From Eledone cirrhosa (taxonomy: Eukaryota): a stretch of DNA of 64,000 nt. Where the stretch lies: NCBI GenBank assembly GCA_964016885.1, contig OZ024740.1, positions 260,834,001 through 260,898,000 on the forward strand. The letters run 5' to 3'. Both the position numbers and the translations under genes were made by a program. Positions 51,019 to 63,238 of the stretch are shown here, piece after piece. A model generated the notes under the pieces. That model saw only the letters and a program-made list of their open reading frames with translations, searched no databases and had not been told where the DNA came from. How positions within the stretch are numbered: position 1 is the first letter of the stretch; every line of letters begins with the position of its first letter.

Positions 51019-51277
51019 TGTTGAACAAACGAGCAACGGTGGTTGCTAGACACTACGGCTTAATACGGGATGTTTGTTTACAAACACACCGAGCATTATA
51101 ATAAATGTTCGGTGAATCCATACGTGCATATATATATGTGTGCATGTATGTATATATATATATATATATACATACTACTGTACGTCGGTATACATATATG
51201 TATGTACGTGTACATACTTATATTTAAGTAACAGCCGTACTAAGAGTGGGAAATGAAATATCGTTTCATTTTTTCCG

Positions 51278-51356
<79 letters not shown>

Positions 51357-51397
51357 GATATATTAACAAATGGAAACTATATTTATAAAACCATATT

Positions 51398-51462
51398 TAT
51401 TTTATTATACATATTTCAAGGACACCAAGTTAAATTATGGTGTGCTTTCATCAGATAAAATA
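51398..51462 (-). ncRNA. Type I hammerhead ribozyme in Penelope pLTR (intact core)
   Basis: TATTTTAT-CTGATGA-AAGCACACCA..TGGTGTCCTT-GAAA-TATGTA-TA-ATAAAATA: 8-bp stem I, long stem II, minimal self-complementary stem III, AUA cleavage site. Sense with the GIY-YIG ORF. Confidence 0.85.
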
Positions 51463-52532
51463 TAATATAGATCAGTTTTATAAATAAATATTGACATACC
51501 CTTAAAGAATGCGACCATTTCTGTTGGAAGCTCCCGGATAGTGGGGTTATAAATTTATTTATACTATTATGCAAATTAGTGTCGGATATTTTTAAATCAC
51601 AGTAGATTTAAAATAAGCCGTTGGGGTATGGAGAGAGGGAAAGAAAAAAAAGAAAAAAAGAAAAAAAAAAGCAGCTTTAAGAGGAAAATAAGAAAACGAG
51701 AAAAAGAGAAAGAGAGAAAGAGAAGAAAAAAGAAAAAAGAGAAAAGAGAAAGCGAAAGAGAAAGAGAAAGCCCTAAGTGATAGATTGTTGTATTAGCATA
51801 ACTTTTAAGATGAAGTGAAAAAATAAATATTTTTGGATGAGTAAAGTAAGTAAGTAAATAAGCGTGAATGGAAAATACTCGTGAATGGAAAATGAATTTT
51901 AACCAGTGTTTAAATATGATTAAATGTTTAGTTTATCAATTAAATTATCCATCAAATTATTGAGTTCTATACATTAAAAGTTGAGATCTATATATTATTA
52001 AAAATCTATATATTATTAAAACCCATATATTATTAAAAGAATATATTCATATATATACGTACGCACACATACATACACATACATATAAATATATATATAT
52101 ATATACCTACACATACCATACACATAGATAAAGGACTTTTTATGTATAAGATATAGGAATTTTCTTAAACTTATATATTTTTCTGAGAAACCAGAGAAAA
52201 AACCCGGAGAAAAACATTTCTCACGCAAAACAGCGTGAAGAAAATTAAGTTATTAACCTATATTAAATGTTATAAATGTCAAGATAACAAAGGAAATTTA
52301 AGATTATAGAAACCTTATGTTATAATACAAACCTTGTATTATAAATGTTATATTTAGTAAATCCACCTGTTATGTAGTTGTGACTGTTATTATATAAGTT
52401 TGTTTATCACGAACCTCAAGGAAACCCTTATAATCTAGTGCATTTGAATTGTATGCATATATATATATATATATATACACACAACTCCCACATATATACA
52501 CATAGACATAGATACACATACAGGTAGATATG

Positions 52533-52636
<104 letters not shown>

Positions 52637-53089
52637 ATGTACAGTACATAGTATAATTGAAGTACATAATATATAAAAAAAATAAGATAAAAATGAATTA
52701 TATTACGATTTGGAAATATATTCTTACAATTATAAGCAATATAACTTTAAAGCAATATAATTTTAAAAAGTATAATTTTTAAAAATTACAGAATATCTTA
52801 AGATATAATTTTAAAATAAGAATATGTCTAAAAAATTCAGTATAAAATTTAAATTTTTTATACAATATTTAACTCTCAGTATGTTTAACTTAAAGAAAAA
52901 GAAAGAGAAACTTTCAAAAATAGGAGAAACCTTTCAAAGAAAATATTTTCTCCTTTTAAGAGCTTTCGGTATGTTTATCTAGAAAAATTTACTAGGAAAA
53001 AAATTTAATATTTGAGAGTTTAAGCAGTCAAATGAAGGAATCTAATGATTTATCGATAGATTCAATATATTAATAGAATTAATTATATA

Positions 53090-53592
53090 TTACATTTTAA
53101 ATTTATATTTAAACGTTGAGTTCAATCTATGTCTGCAGCAACTGAATAGATTGCTTCTTACATTTAGGGAATTTTTGCTTTTTAATATAAAGAATATTTC
53201 CTCTATACAAAGATCACAATTTTCTGAAGAGGAATTAAAAAGAGTAGCTTTTGAAATAATATTCCAAAGTAACGAATATTTAACGTTCTTTAATTTGAGG
53301 TCCCATAATAAGCTAGATAGAGAAGTTGAAGATTTTTTGTTTAAATGCGTAAAAGAGCTTTTATGGTTATTAAAACGAGATTTAAAATCTGTGGAAGTAG
53401 ATCCTACATAATTAAATGAATTTAAATTAGTTATTACATTACAATTATATACTATATTTTTAGCTAAGCAATTGTTATTTAACGGACAATTAGATTTATT
53501 TCTACACTTACATTTATCAAATTGGATATTGCTTGGGTTATTATTGGTATTTTGGTTAGGTTTTAAATTTCTATTATTAATTCTATTAATAA
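53090..53592 (-). pseudogene. GIY-YIG endonuclease C-terminus of a Penelope-like element
   Basis: CKCRNKSNCPLNNNC..NIVY..YVGST..FKSRFNNH..LS..W.LK..CDLCIEE..LN.R..CRH. The first residues of the track ORF come from the inverted pLTR. Confidence 0.92.
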
Positions 53593-53668
53593 TCCGGGAG
53601 CTTCTAACAGAAATGGTCGCATTCTTTAAGGGCATGTCAATATTTATTTATAAAGCTGATCTATATTA

Positions 53669-53733
53669 TATTTTATCTGATGAAAGCACACCATAATTTA
53701 ACTTGGTGTCCTTGAAGTATGTATAATGAAATA
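53669..53733 (+). ncRNA. Hammerhead in inverted pLTR (GAAA mutated to GAAG)
   Basis: Copy of 51398-51462 with one core substitution. Confidence 0.7.
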
Positions 53734-53832
53734 AATATGGTTTTATAAATATAGTTTCCATTTGTTAATATATCGTATTTTTACTCCAATAATTTGCTTG
53801 TTGTATCCCAACAATTTAAATATAACTTCTAC

Positions 53833-53885
<53 letters not shown>

Positions 53886-54014
53886 TATATATATATATAT
53901 GCATGGTACTAGTCTAAACTGGTAAATCTCCCCCCCCCCCTCTCTCTCTCTCTCAATATTTATATTTATATATATATACACTCAATGAAAGAAATATGTA
54001 AAATAACTTGCCTT

Positions 54015-54180
54015 TGTTACGCGCCTTTACGGTCTGAGTTAAAATCTTGCCGAGGTTAACTTTGCCTTTCATCCTTACGGGGTCGATAAAATAAAGTACC
54101 AGTAATGTACTGGAGTCGATTTAATCGACTTTCCCCTCCACCCAAATTACTGGCCTTGTGCCTATAGTAGAAATAATTAT
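54015..54180 (+). mobile_element. SINE family 1, 5'-truncated
   Basis: B-box-like GAGTTAAAATC, central motif, tail GTAGAAATAATTAT. Confidence 0.85.
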
Positions 54181-54257
54181 CATTGTTAAACTAATATTTA
54201 ATATATATATATACAATGATATTAAACAAATGGAAACTATATTTATAAAACCATATT

Positions 54258-54318
54258 TATTCTATTATATATATTTCAAGGGTACCAAAACTCTGGTACG
54301 CTTTCATCAGATAAAATA
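54258..54318 (-). ncRNA. Type I hammerhead in a solo pLTR of a related Penelope subfamily (pLTR about 54215-54420)
   Basis: TATTTTAT-CTGATGA-AAGCGTACCA-GAGTTT-TGGTACCCTT-GAAA-TATATA-TA-ATAGAATA, with compensatory changes in stem II relative to 51398. Confidence 0.85.
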
Positions 54319-54483
54319 CAAAGTTCGTTTTATAAATGTTGATATAACCAAGGAAAAATACCTTAACGGTTCATGTTTTCCTTGGATAGTCAGTTATATA
54401 TATATATAAGACTCTATTGGTTTTTTCCCTGGATTACACAAAATCTGTGGATAAAATTTCTGTATTTTCATTTATATCTATCT

Positions 54484-54576
54484 ATTTGTGATAACATTTT
54501 ACACGTTTTTATTGTATGTAAACTTCCCCCTTTGTATTTGTCCCCTTCTTTTGTGCTCCTGTGGCTAATAAAGAAA
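54484..54576 (+). mobile_element. Tx1 family G, extreme 3'UTR fragment
   Basis: Near-identical to 55274-55366, with TATC repeats on both sides. Confidence 0.85.
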
Positions 54577-54593
54577 TATATCTATCTATCTAT

Positions 54594-55366
54594 GACCGAT
54601 GGACAACTTTCAAAAGTCCCTGGCCTGGCAGTGCTACCGAGGAGCTCTACCAGTTCGAGACAAGCTCTACAGACATGGGCACCCGGGCAGGGACCCTGCA
54701 AAAAAGATCTGTCCGAGGTGCGTGCGAGACGAAGAAACCGTCGCGCACGCATTCATACACTGCCCGGGCGTTACTGACCTGTGGGGCTATGTAGAACGAC
54801 TATTGTCGCGGGTGGGACCAATCCAGTTGACCACCGAGTCCATTGTCATGATCAAACCGCCACCCTCCTTCAAAAACGAAGGAGAGGCGGTTTTCCTTTG
54901 TGTGATAGCTATGGCGAAAGAGGTTGTATGGTGGACAAGGTTGAAAGGGCTGAGGTCAGACACCTTTCTCTCCGGCCAACAACTGATTCTTTTTTTCAAA
55001 TACCACTTTGGAAGAAGAATCAGGATGGAGAGAGAGGTGCTGTACCCCAGCAAGTTTTATGAAAGGTGGGTGAAAGTGGCGAGAATGGCCCGAGTGAATG
55101 GGCCTTCTCTCTATATCAGCCTGTAGGTTGAGGAAAAGGAGGAGGAGAGGAAAGGAGTATAAACTCTTCGTACTCTTGGAGATGAGGGTTGCACATTTTT
55201 TTTTCGGGGGTATGTGTTACCCATATAAACTGTCTCCCTCTATTGGGGAAAATCGACTAACTTTTTAAATTCCATTTGTGATAACATTTTACACGTTTTT
55301 ATTGTATGTAAACTTCCCCCTTTGTATTTGTCCCCTTCTTTTGTGCCCCTGTGGCTAATAAAGAAA
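54594..55366 (+). mobile_element. Tx1 family G, 5'-truncated (ORF2 C-terminus 54599-55126 plus 3'UTR)
   Basis: MDNFQKSLAWQCYRGALPVRDKLYRHG..CPRC..ETVAHAFIHC is homologous to copies A-F. Ends GTGGCTAATAAAGAAA then (TCTA)n. Confidence 0.92.
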
Positions 55367-55382
55367 TCTATCTATCTATCTA

Positions 55383-55454
<72 letters not shown>

Positions 55455-55466
55455 CTAGTAAGATGC

Positions 55467-55550
<84 letters not shown>

Positions 55551-56214
55551 GTGTGTGCATAAACACATACATACATATTGTCTAACTAGGAAGTTATATA
55601 CCATAGTGTTGAGGACTTGTAAAGAGACAGCGAGTGATCAAGTGTAATAGACAGAAAGAGGAAAAGAAAGAGCCGGAGATGAGAAAGAGAGAGAGAGGCG
55701 GAGCAAGAGAGACAGAAAGACAACAAGAGCGAGGGCGTGAGAAATAGATAGATGTGAATACATTGAAAGTAACAAGGGCAAAGAGGAATAATGCGAGAGA
55801 AAGAGAGAGAGGGAGAGAGACTGAATAAGAATGTGTGCGTGTCTGTTTGTCTGTGAGTGTTAGTGTACGTGTGCGCATGTGTACGTGTCTGTGTCTGCAT
55901 GAGCATCAGTGTGCGGCCGTCTTGCGTGTGTATACGCGCATGTGTGTGTGTTGTTTTGCGTGTGTACACGTGTGTGTATGTGTTGTCTTGCGTGTGTACA
56001 CGCGTGTGTGTGTGTTGTCTTGCGTGTATTTCAGTGTGTTGCCTTGCGTACGTTGTGTTGTCTTGCGTGTGTATACGTGTGTGTTGTCTTGCGTGTGTTT
56101 CAGTGTGTATGCAGTTTTACGCGTTTACGGGCGCGTGTGTTTGCGTGAGTATACGGCAGTCTTGTGTGTGTTTGCTTACGTTTGCAACAGTCTTGTGTAT
56201 TAGCGGTATTCCAT

Positions 56215-56400
56215 TTGGCAGTATCAGTGGAGGGTCGGGCCCCATGCTCTGCAGCATAGAGTTACGCCCCTTTACGGTCTGAGTTCATATCCCTCCGAAG
56301 TTAACTTTGTCTTTCATCCTTACGGGGTCGATGAAATAAAGTACCAGTAATGCATTGGAGTAATTGCTGGCCTTGTACCAAAACATAGAAACAATTATTA
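56215..56400 (+). mobile_element. SINE family 1, near full length
   Basis: TGGCAGTATCAG, GAGTTCATATCC, central motif, tail AGAAACAATTATTA. Confidence 0.88.
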
Positions 56401-56401
56401 T

Positions 56402-56598
56402 AGAGCGCCCCATTCGATTTCAGTGGGGAAAAAAATGTTTTCCAGTCAACTTTTTTTACTTGTAAAAAAGTTTATTGAAAAACTTTTTTTCCCGGAACTT
56501 GGAGGTCAGATTAGCTGATAGCACAGACAAAAAAAAAAAGGTGTGTGTGTGTGGGGGGGGGGGGGATATTCTTCTCACTGAAATCGAGTGGAGTGTTT
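56402..56598. mobile_element. Degenerate MITE
   Basis: Imperfect ~27-bp inverted ends CCATTCGATTTCAGTG and CACTGAAATCGAGTGG. Confidence 0.55.
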
Positions 56599-57648
56599 TA
56601 TAAATTTACTCTCAGGTCCCAAATAATAGAGGGTGGGGTTGGAAAATCGATAATTTTTTCTAGGTTGTCTACCTTGATTAAAAAAAAAAGAATTAGTTGT
56701 TTAGTTTACATATGAGACCCCAACCCATCCTAGTTATTTTCTAATGTATGGGATTTCTTGTGATGTTCTTGTTTTGTCATGTATAATGTCTTTTAATGTC
56801 TACAGAAAATTAATTGTCGCAGGAATGCTGCATCTTAAAATAACATTTAAGGTAGATTAGCAACATTTAATAAGCTGTGGAGGTTGGGATAAGAGCGGTG
56901 GTGGGTGGAAACAATCTTATAAATTAGTAAACGCGGTGGGGGACGATTATTCAAGATCCTAGGACGCGTGTTATCCGCAGTTCTGTGTCTATTTGAGTGT
57001 GTACGTCAGTCAGTGTGTATATATAGATATGTGAGTGTGTGTGTATACAGCAGTCTTGTGAGTGTTTGCGTACGTTTGCCTGTGTTGCGACATCCATCTG
57101 TGTGTGTGCGTGTGCGTGTGTTTGCGTGCCCCATGTATCTGAGTTACTGCATGTGTTTACCTGTGTATGTCTGTGGATGTGTATGTAAGTGTGAGTGTGT
57201 GTTCTCCCTGAACTAGTAAAGTGATAGTGAAAGAACTATTGTCCTCCCACTACCAGCCATTAACTTACCATTTACCTTCCATACTCCAACTGACTGCTGC
57301 ATATATACAGTACCACGCACTCAATTCATTTCTCTCACTCACAGCGCACTCAATTCTCTTTCTCTCATATACAGTCTCTCTCTCTGCCTCTCTCACTCTC
57401 TCTGTCTCATACTTCCACTCCATATTTACAGCTGCTTTCAATCGTATAGATGGATGTATACAGAGCTTCGGAGAGGTGAGTAGAATGGTCCGTTTTTAGT
57501 AATCTTAAAATCTTTTTACCTACGAAAACATACCCGTTAATATTTTGACAGATTCTCTCTCTTATCCCACACACACACACGCAGCAAATACCAGATATGG
57601 ATCCCTTTCTTTCTCACATCTTTATATATATATATATATATATACCTA

Positions 57649-57785
<137 letters not shown>

Positions 57786-57896
57786 CTCTATATGCATAAA
57801 TCTTGACAGCTGATATGCTGATATGCTGATATTTATGCATACATATATATGTATATATGTATATACGCTGACAAATAATGCATAATATATAATATG

Positions 57897-57929
<33 letters not shown>

Positions 57930-58007
57930 ATCTCACTCTGTCTCTCTTATACTCTCTTTCTCAATATATATATGTATGTATACGTGTGTATATATATATA
58001 TATGTAC

Positions 58008-58043
<36 letters not shown>

Positions 58044-58224
58044 ATGTATATGTAATGCATAATATATAATATACATACACATACATATGTATGTGTACGT
58101 ATAAAAATAAATATGTTGACACGACGGCGGCTAGTAGTTATTGCTAAAGATCGATCATATGGCCGTTCATCCTCCTCATCCCCCACCACCACCACCACCA
58201 CCTCCTCTTCCTTCTACTACTACA

Positions 58225-58288
<64 letters not shown>

Positions 58289-58595
58289 GTACTACTACTA
58301 CTACTGTAGACGTCGGTAATAAAATATGTATCAGATATGTATTGTATTTCGTATGTAGATGAAAATTGGTAATTAGGTCTATATACTAAATATACATTCA
58401 TATACAATACATATTTGTTTGTCTTAGATGGGGGTGGGCATGGATGGAAGACAACCAATACGGGCATGAGTGTGTGTGTCATGAAAATACATATATGTTT
58501 TTTCTTGGAAAGGGAGTGGAAGCATAGATGAAGGGCGGCTTCGACTGAGGTGCTTCACATATCAAAATGGTTAAATGGAGATCACTAGAAATTAG

Positions 58596-58657
<62 letters not shown>

Positions 58658-58673
58658 GAAGAATGAATAAGAC

Positions 58674-58826
58674 CAGTGCCAAATGAGGCCCTGTGCTAGT
58701 TAAGTTACGAGGCACCAAACATTTGAAAAATTCATCTAAAAATTTTTTGGGGGCAGGAAGATGGGGTCCCTGGTCAACGGGCTCTGTGCTTAAGCGCACG
58801 TAAGCACAATGGTAAATCCAGCACTG
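58674..58826. mobile_element. hAT-type MITE with 8-bp TSD
   Basis: Termini CAGTGC and GCACTG, with AATAAGAC duplicated at 58666-58673 and 58827-58834. Confidence 0.8.
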
Positions 58827-59106
58827 AATAAGACAAACACAGATACAAAAACAGTCTGAGTTTCACACCCAGGAAGAAGATATATGTGTATATGTATATA
58901 TATATGTGTATATATATAAAAATATGAATATATATATTGTGGTATGGTGCGCCGTTATACACTGAAACATATGTAGAATTAAAATTGTTTTAAGTATAAC
59001 TTAGTTACTCTCTCCCCACATTTTCCTATTACCCACTCTGCTACCCTAAGTATTGAGTACTCTGGTGCGTTATGGTCCATCTGGTTCCTTACCACAATTC
59101 CTTTGT

Positions 59107-59215
<109 letters not shown>

Positions 59216-59353
59216 GCATATATATATTTATGTGTGTGTGTGTATTTGTGTATATATGTGTGTGTATATGAGCGTGTATGCGTGTCTATGTGTGTGTGTG
59301 TGTGTGTGTGTTGATTAAACCGACAGGTTCGCAATAACCACAGACTTGTTATG

Positions 59354-59568
59354 GATTGGCAGTATCGATGGAGCATCGGACAACATGCCTTATGGCATAG
59401 GGTTACGTCCCTTTACGATCTGAGTTCAAATCCTGCCGAAGTTAACTTTACCTTTCATCCTTACGGGGTCGACAAAATAAAGTACCAGTAATGTACTGGG
59501 GTTTATTTACTCGACTTTCCCTTTTTCCAAATTGTTGGCCTTGTACCTAAAATCAGAAACTAATATTA
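59354..59568 (+). mobile_element. SINE family 1, near full length
   Basis: TGGCAGTATCGA, GAGTTCAAATCC, central motif and tail. Confidence 0.88.
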
Positions 59569-59819
59569 TCTCGCGTAGGTACGTAACAGACATGGGTACG
59601 TAGACACATGCGCATACATACATACATACATGCATACATACATACATACATACATACAAACATACATACATACATACATACTCACATACATACATACATA
59701 CATACATGCATACATACAAACAAACATACATACATACTCACATACATACATGCATGCATGCATACATACATACATACATACATACATACATACATACATA
59801 CATACATACATACATACAT

Positions 59820-60427
59820 GGTGGCTGCCAACTCGTCTTCGAGTACGGCCACTACTTTATATCCATGTAGGAGAACCCCTACTGATGCGCTGAACAAGTG
59901 TGACTTTTTAGTCCAGCCAGCGACTTGAAAACTCTGGTACAAAGACTACACTTGTGACCATTATTGACACATAGTGCTGGGCCCATGGTACCATGTGATG
60001 ACAAGTGCAGAAAGATCTCCAGATATAAAGCAATGCCTGTGCCGTGAAGCTTTTATAGTGAGCAAAGGCACTGCACAAAGCCAGTCCCACTCTCTTAACC
60101 AAGATGATATTTACCAAAAAGAAGAACAAGTCAACATCATTGGATACCATCAGGGTTGCAGGTGTTATATCAGAGTTTTCCTTCTCCTAGAATTCTGCCT
60201 TGACAAAGGCTAAGGGGTCATCTCTCCCGGTGATTTTGGATGGCTATTGAGTCTTAAGAGCTCCCTTGCCCTTTGACAGGTTTTGTTTTTAGTCCTGCAG
60301 GATGTCCAAAGTCACCCTCCTCACCAAGAAACCTTGGTGGGGTTGCCAGTTTAGTCGCCAACGACCCGACCATGTGACAGGTTGTACTGGGATACATGTT
60401 ACCAGTAGCACCAACTGGTGACCTGAC
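59820..60427 (-). mobile_element. ~610-bp non-coding interspersed element in (CATA)n
   Basis: Homologous to 48091-48195 and 60461-60976, flanked by CATA repeats. Strand is assigned by inference from the truncated copy. Confidence 0.75.
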
Positions 60428-60460
60428 ATACATACATACATACATACATACATACATGTA

Positions 60461-60976
60461 TGATGGCTGCAAACTCTGCTAAGAGTACTGCCATCGCTTG
60501 TCAGATTATAGAGTTTGGTGCACTTTTAGGCTACGGCCAGCCACACAAACCTGTAACATATCCTAAACAAGCAATGCCTGTGCTTTGAAGGTTTTTTAAG
60601 TGGGGAAAGACCTTGACCTCGACAAATCCCACTCTCTGAGCATCGAAAACACTACTCGAAAAGGAGAACTGGTCAACATCATCGGATGCTTCCGAAGCCG
60701 CAGGTTTTTTTTCAGTTTCCCTCTCCTAGAAAGGTGTTGTGACAACAACTGGAGGCCTTTCACTCCCAGGTGAAAAAAAAACAACTATTTGGATGGCCGT
60801 TGGCTCTGCTGAGTTCCTCCGCCCTTTACCTGGTCTTGTATTTCATCCCGCAAGGTATCCAAATATCACCCTCCTCACCAAGCATGCTTGGTGGGGTTAC
60901 CGGTTTAGTCGCCGAGGATCCGACCATGAGACAGGTTGTACTGGGTTACATGTTACCAGTAGCACTCGAGAGTGCC
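60461..60976 (-). mobile_element. Diverged second copy of the (CATA)n-associated element
   Basis: Shares GCAATGCCTGTGC, TCCCACTCTCT, GTCAACATCAT and CGACCATG.GACAGGTTGTACTGGG.TACATGTTACCAGTAGCAC with the previous copy. Confidence 0.75.
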
Positions 60977-61389
60977 CATACACACACGCACACACACACA
61001 TACTCACATACATACATACATTCATACATACATGCATGCATACATGCATACATACATACATACATACTTACGTACATACACACTCACACACGTCGCATTA
61101 ATGACAGAAAAAAATTGATTGACACGTGCATAGACAAGTAATCGAACACACACCACACGTATACGCGACAACAGAAGAGAGTGGGGTAAGAGAGAAAATG
61201 AAAGACATTGGCAATTGTGTAGATAAATAAGGAGAGAGAGAGAGAGAGTTAACAAACATGAACATATTGAGAGAGGGTTAACAAACATGGAAATCGGGAT
61301 TTTACATATCTAAATATCTAAATATAAATGTAGCAAATAGTAAAATAACGAAGAACCGAGTAAATTGTGCGTGTGTGTACAGACATATA

Positions 61390-61467
61390 CAGGGTGTCCC
61401 AAAAGAATGTATACACACTTTGATTAGAATATTGTTGAAGGGTGTATACATTTTTTGGGACACCCTG
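61390..61467. mobile_element. 78-bp Tc1/mariner-type MITE
   Basis: TA|CAGGGTGTCCCAAAAGAATGTATACAC ... GTGTATACATTTTTTGGGACACCCTG. Confidence 0.85.
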
Positions 61468-61575
61468 TGTATGTATATATATATATGTTTATATATACAT
61501 ATATGTGTGTGTGTATATATATATAGAGAGAGAGAGAGAAACGAGGAAGAATCGATTATAACTTCCTTGTTTATT

Positions 61576-61643
61576 TCTGCCTGTATTTCACCGTACTACA
61601 TACACTATATATATATATATATATATAGTGTAGGTAGTACCTA

Positions 61644-61683
<40 letters not shown>

Positions 61684-61838
61684 TAGGTAGTACGGTGAAA
61701 TACATATATATATATGTATTTCACCGGTGAAATACAATATATATATCACTGTATTTAATATATATATCTGCCTGTATTTCACCGTACTACCTACACTATA
61801 TATATATATATATATATATATAGTGTAGGTACTACCTA

Positions 61839-61876
<38 letters not shown>

Positions 61877-62034
61877 TAGGTAGTACCTACACTATATATA
61901 TATATATATATATATATAGTGTAGGTAGTACGGTGAAATACATATATATATATTGTATTTCACCGGTGAAATACAATATATATATCACTGTATTTAATAT
62001 ATATGTATTTCACCGGTGAAATACAATATATATA
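61576..62034. repeat. Array of nested palindromes interleaved with (TA)n
   Basis: Modules GTATTTCACCG/CGGTGAAATAC and TACCTACAC/GTGTAGGTA recur in alternating orientation, and the block occurs about twice. Confidence 0.9.
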
Positions 62035-62247
62035 TCACCTTCACCGACCAGTCTGTTGGGCGCCATAAGATAACGCCATCCCACTGGCTGGGCGGGCAGG
62101 CCGGTACTCATTTCTACAGCTGAGTAAACTGGAGCAACGTAAAATAAAGTGTCTTGCTCAAGGAAACAACACATCACCCGGTCTGAGAATTGAACTCACA
62201 ACCTTTCGATTGCAAGCCCAATGCTTTAACCACTAAGCCATGCGCCT
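62035..62247 (-). mobile_element. tRNA-derived SINE family 2, full length
   Basis: Minus strand has TGGCTTAGTGG A-box, GAGTTCAATTC B-box and CCTTGAGCAAGACACTT conserved body. Confidence 0.88.
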
Positions 62248-62269
62248 TATATATATATATATATATCTC

Positions 62270-63235
62270 CTTTACATAATGTCTTCTATATCTATATATG
62301 ATTCATATATTTAATTTACTTTCTATTATCTCTACCTCACATATATATACTATATACTTTATAGTATTACACCTATCGATAGATTATAAACAAATTTTAT
62401 ATGACTGCTGGAAATTACTTTAAGAAAAAATTTTTCTTGGAAAACTTACGGAAGGTTTTAAGAAAAATCTTTTGAAAAATTCCTTTGAAAGATATAGAAA
62501 AACCATTATTTTCATACCTTCCAATATTTTTATACTTTTATATCTTCAAACGTTTTTAATATATATCCAAATGTTTATATATATATGTGGAAAAACATGA
62601 TTTTTATATATAGTTTTTTTTATTATATATGTGGAATAACCTATGGTTTTTTATTATATATGTGGAATAACCTATGGTTTTTAAAAACTTTATAGCAAGT
62701 AAATTTATGACTTCGTATAAAATAACATATGGTTCATGTTTTAATTATATTCTTAAGATAAAAAATGTTTAACTTTTTAACTTTATAACATTTAATCCTT
62801 AGATTCTTTGAAATGTATCTCTTCATGCACTCTATTTTCACTATCAATATATATAATCGTTCTTTCTTTCTACTTCTATCTTTCTCCTTTCTTTTTTTCT
62901 TATTTTCTCTCTCCCTTACACATCACCTTCTTCCAACAGCTTAATTTAAATAATCCCTTATCTTTTCAACCTTTCGGACACTCATTTGCATACTCACTTA
63001 TAACTTTCTATCACCCTCAATAAATGTACTATCTCCACTATCCAGGAAGGTCCAACCGTTAAGGTTGTCTTTTTTTCCGGGTATGTCAATATTTATTTAT
63101 AAAACAAATCTGTATTTTATCTGATGTAAACGCACCATAATTTGCCTTGGTTGCCTTTGAAATATGTATAATAAAATGAATACGGTTTTATAAATATAGT
63201 TTCCATTTATTAATATAGTATTTATTAATATAGTA
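62270..63235 (+). mobile_element. Penelope-like 3' region and pLTR with degenerate hammerhead (63113-63178)
   Basis: 63030-63215 is homologous to the pLTR at 53593-53778, and the core reads CTGATGT. The left boundary is uncertain. Confidence 0.65.
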
Positions 63236-63238
63236 TGT

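Noticed and set aside
54484-55366. LTR element suggested by 93-bp direct repeats
   Set aside because: The repeats are LINE 3'UTR ends with AATAAA, lack TG..CA termini, PBS and PPT, and are separated from the body by TATC repeats.
55830-57220. Cys/Val-rich ORFs
   Set aside because: They come from degenerate GT-rich minisatellite and low-complexity sequence.
62170-62247. tRNA gene
   Set aside because: The A and B boxes belong to a SINE head that continues into a SINE body, and no complete cloverleaf could be formed.
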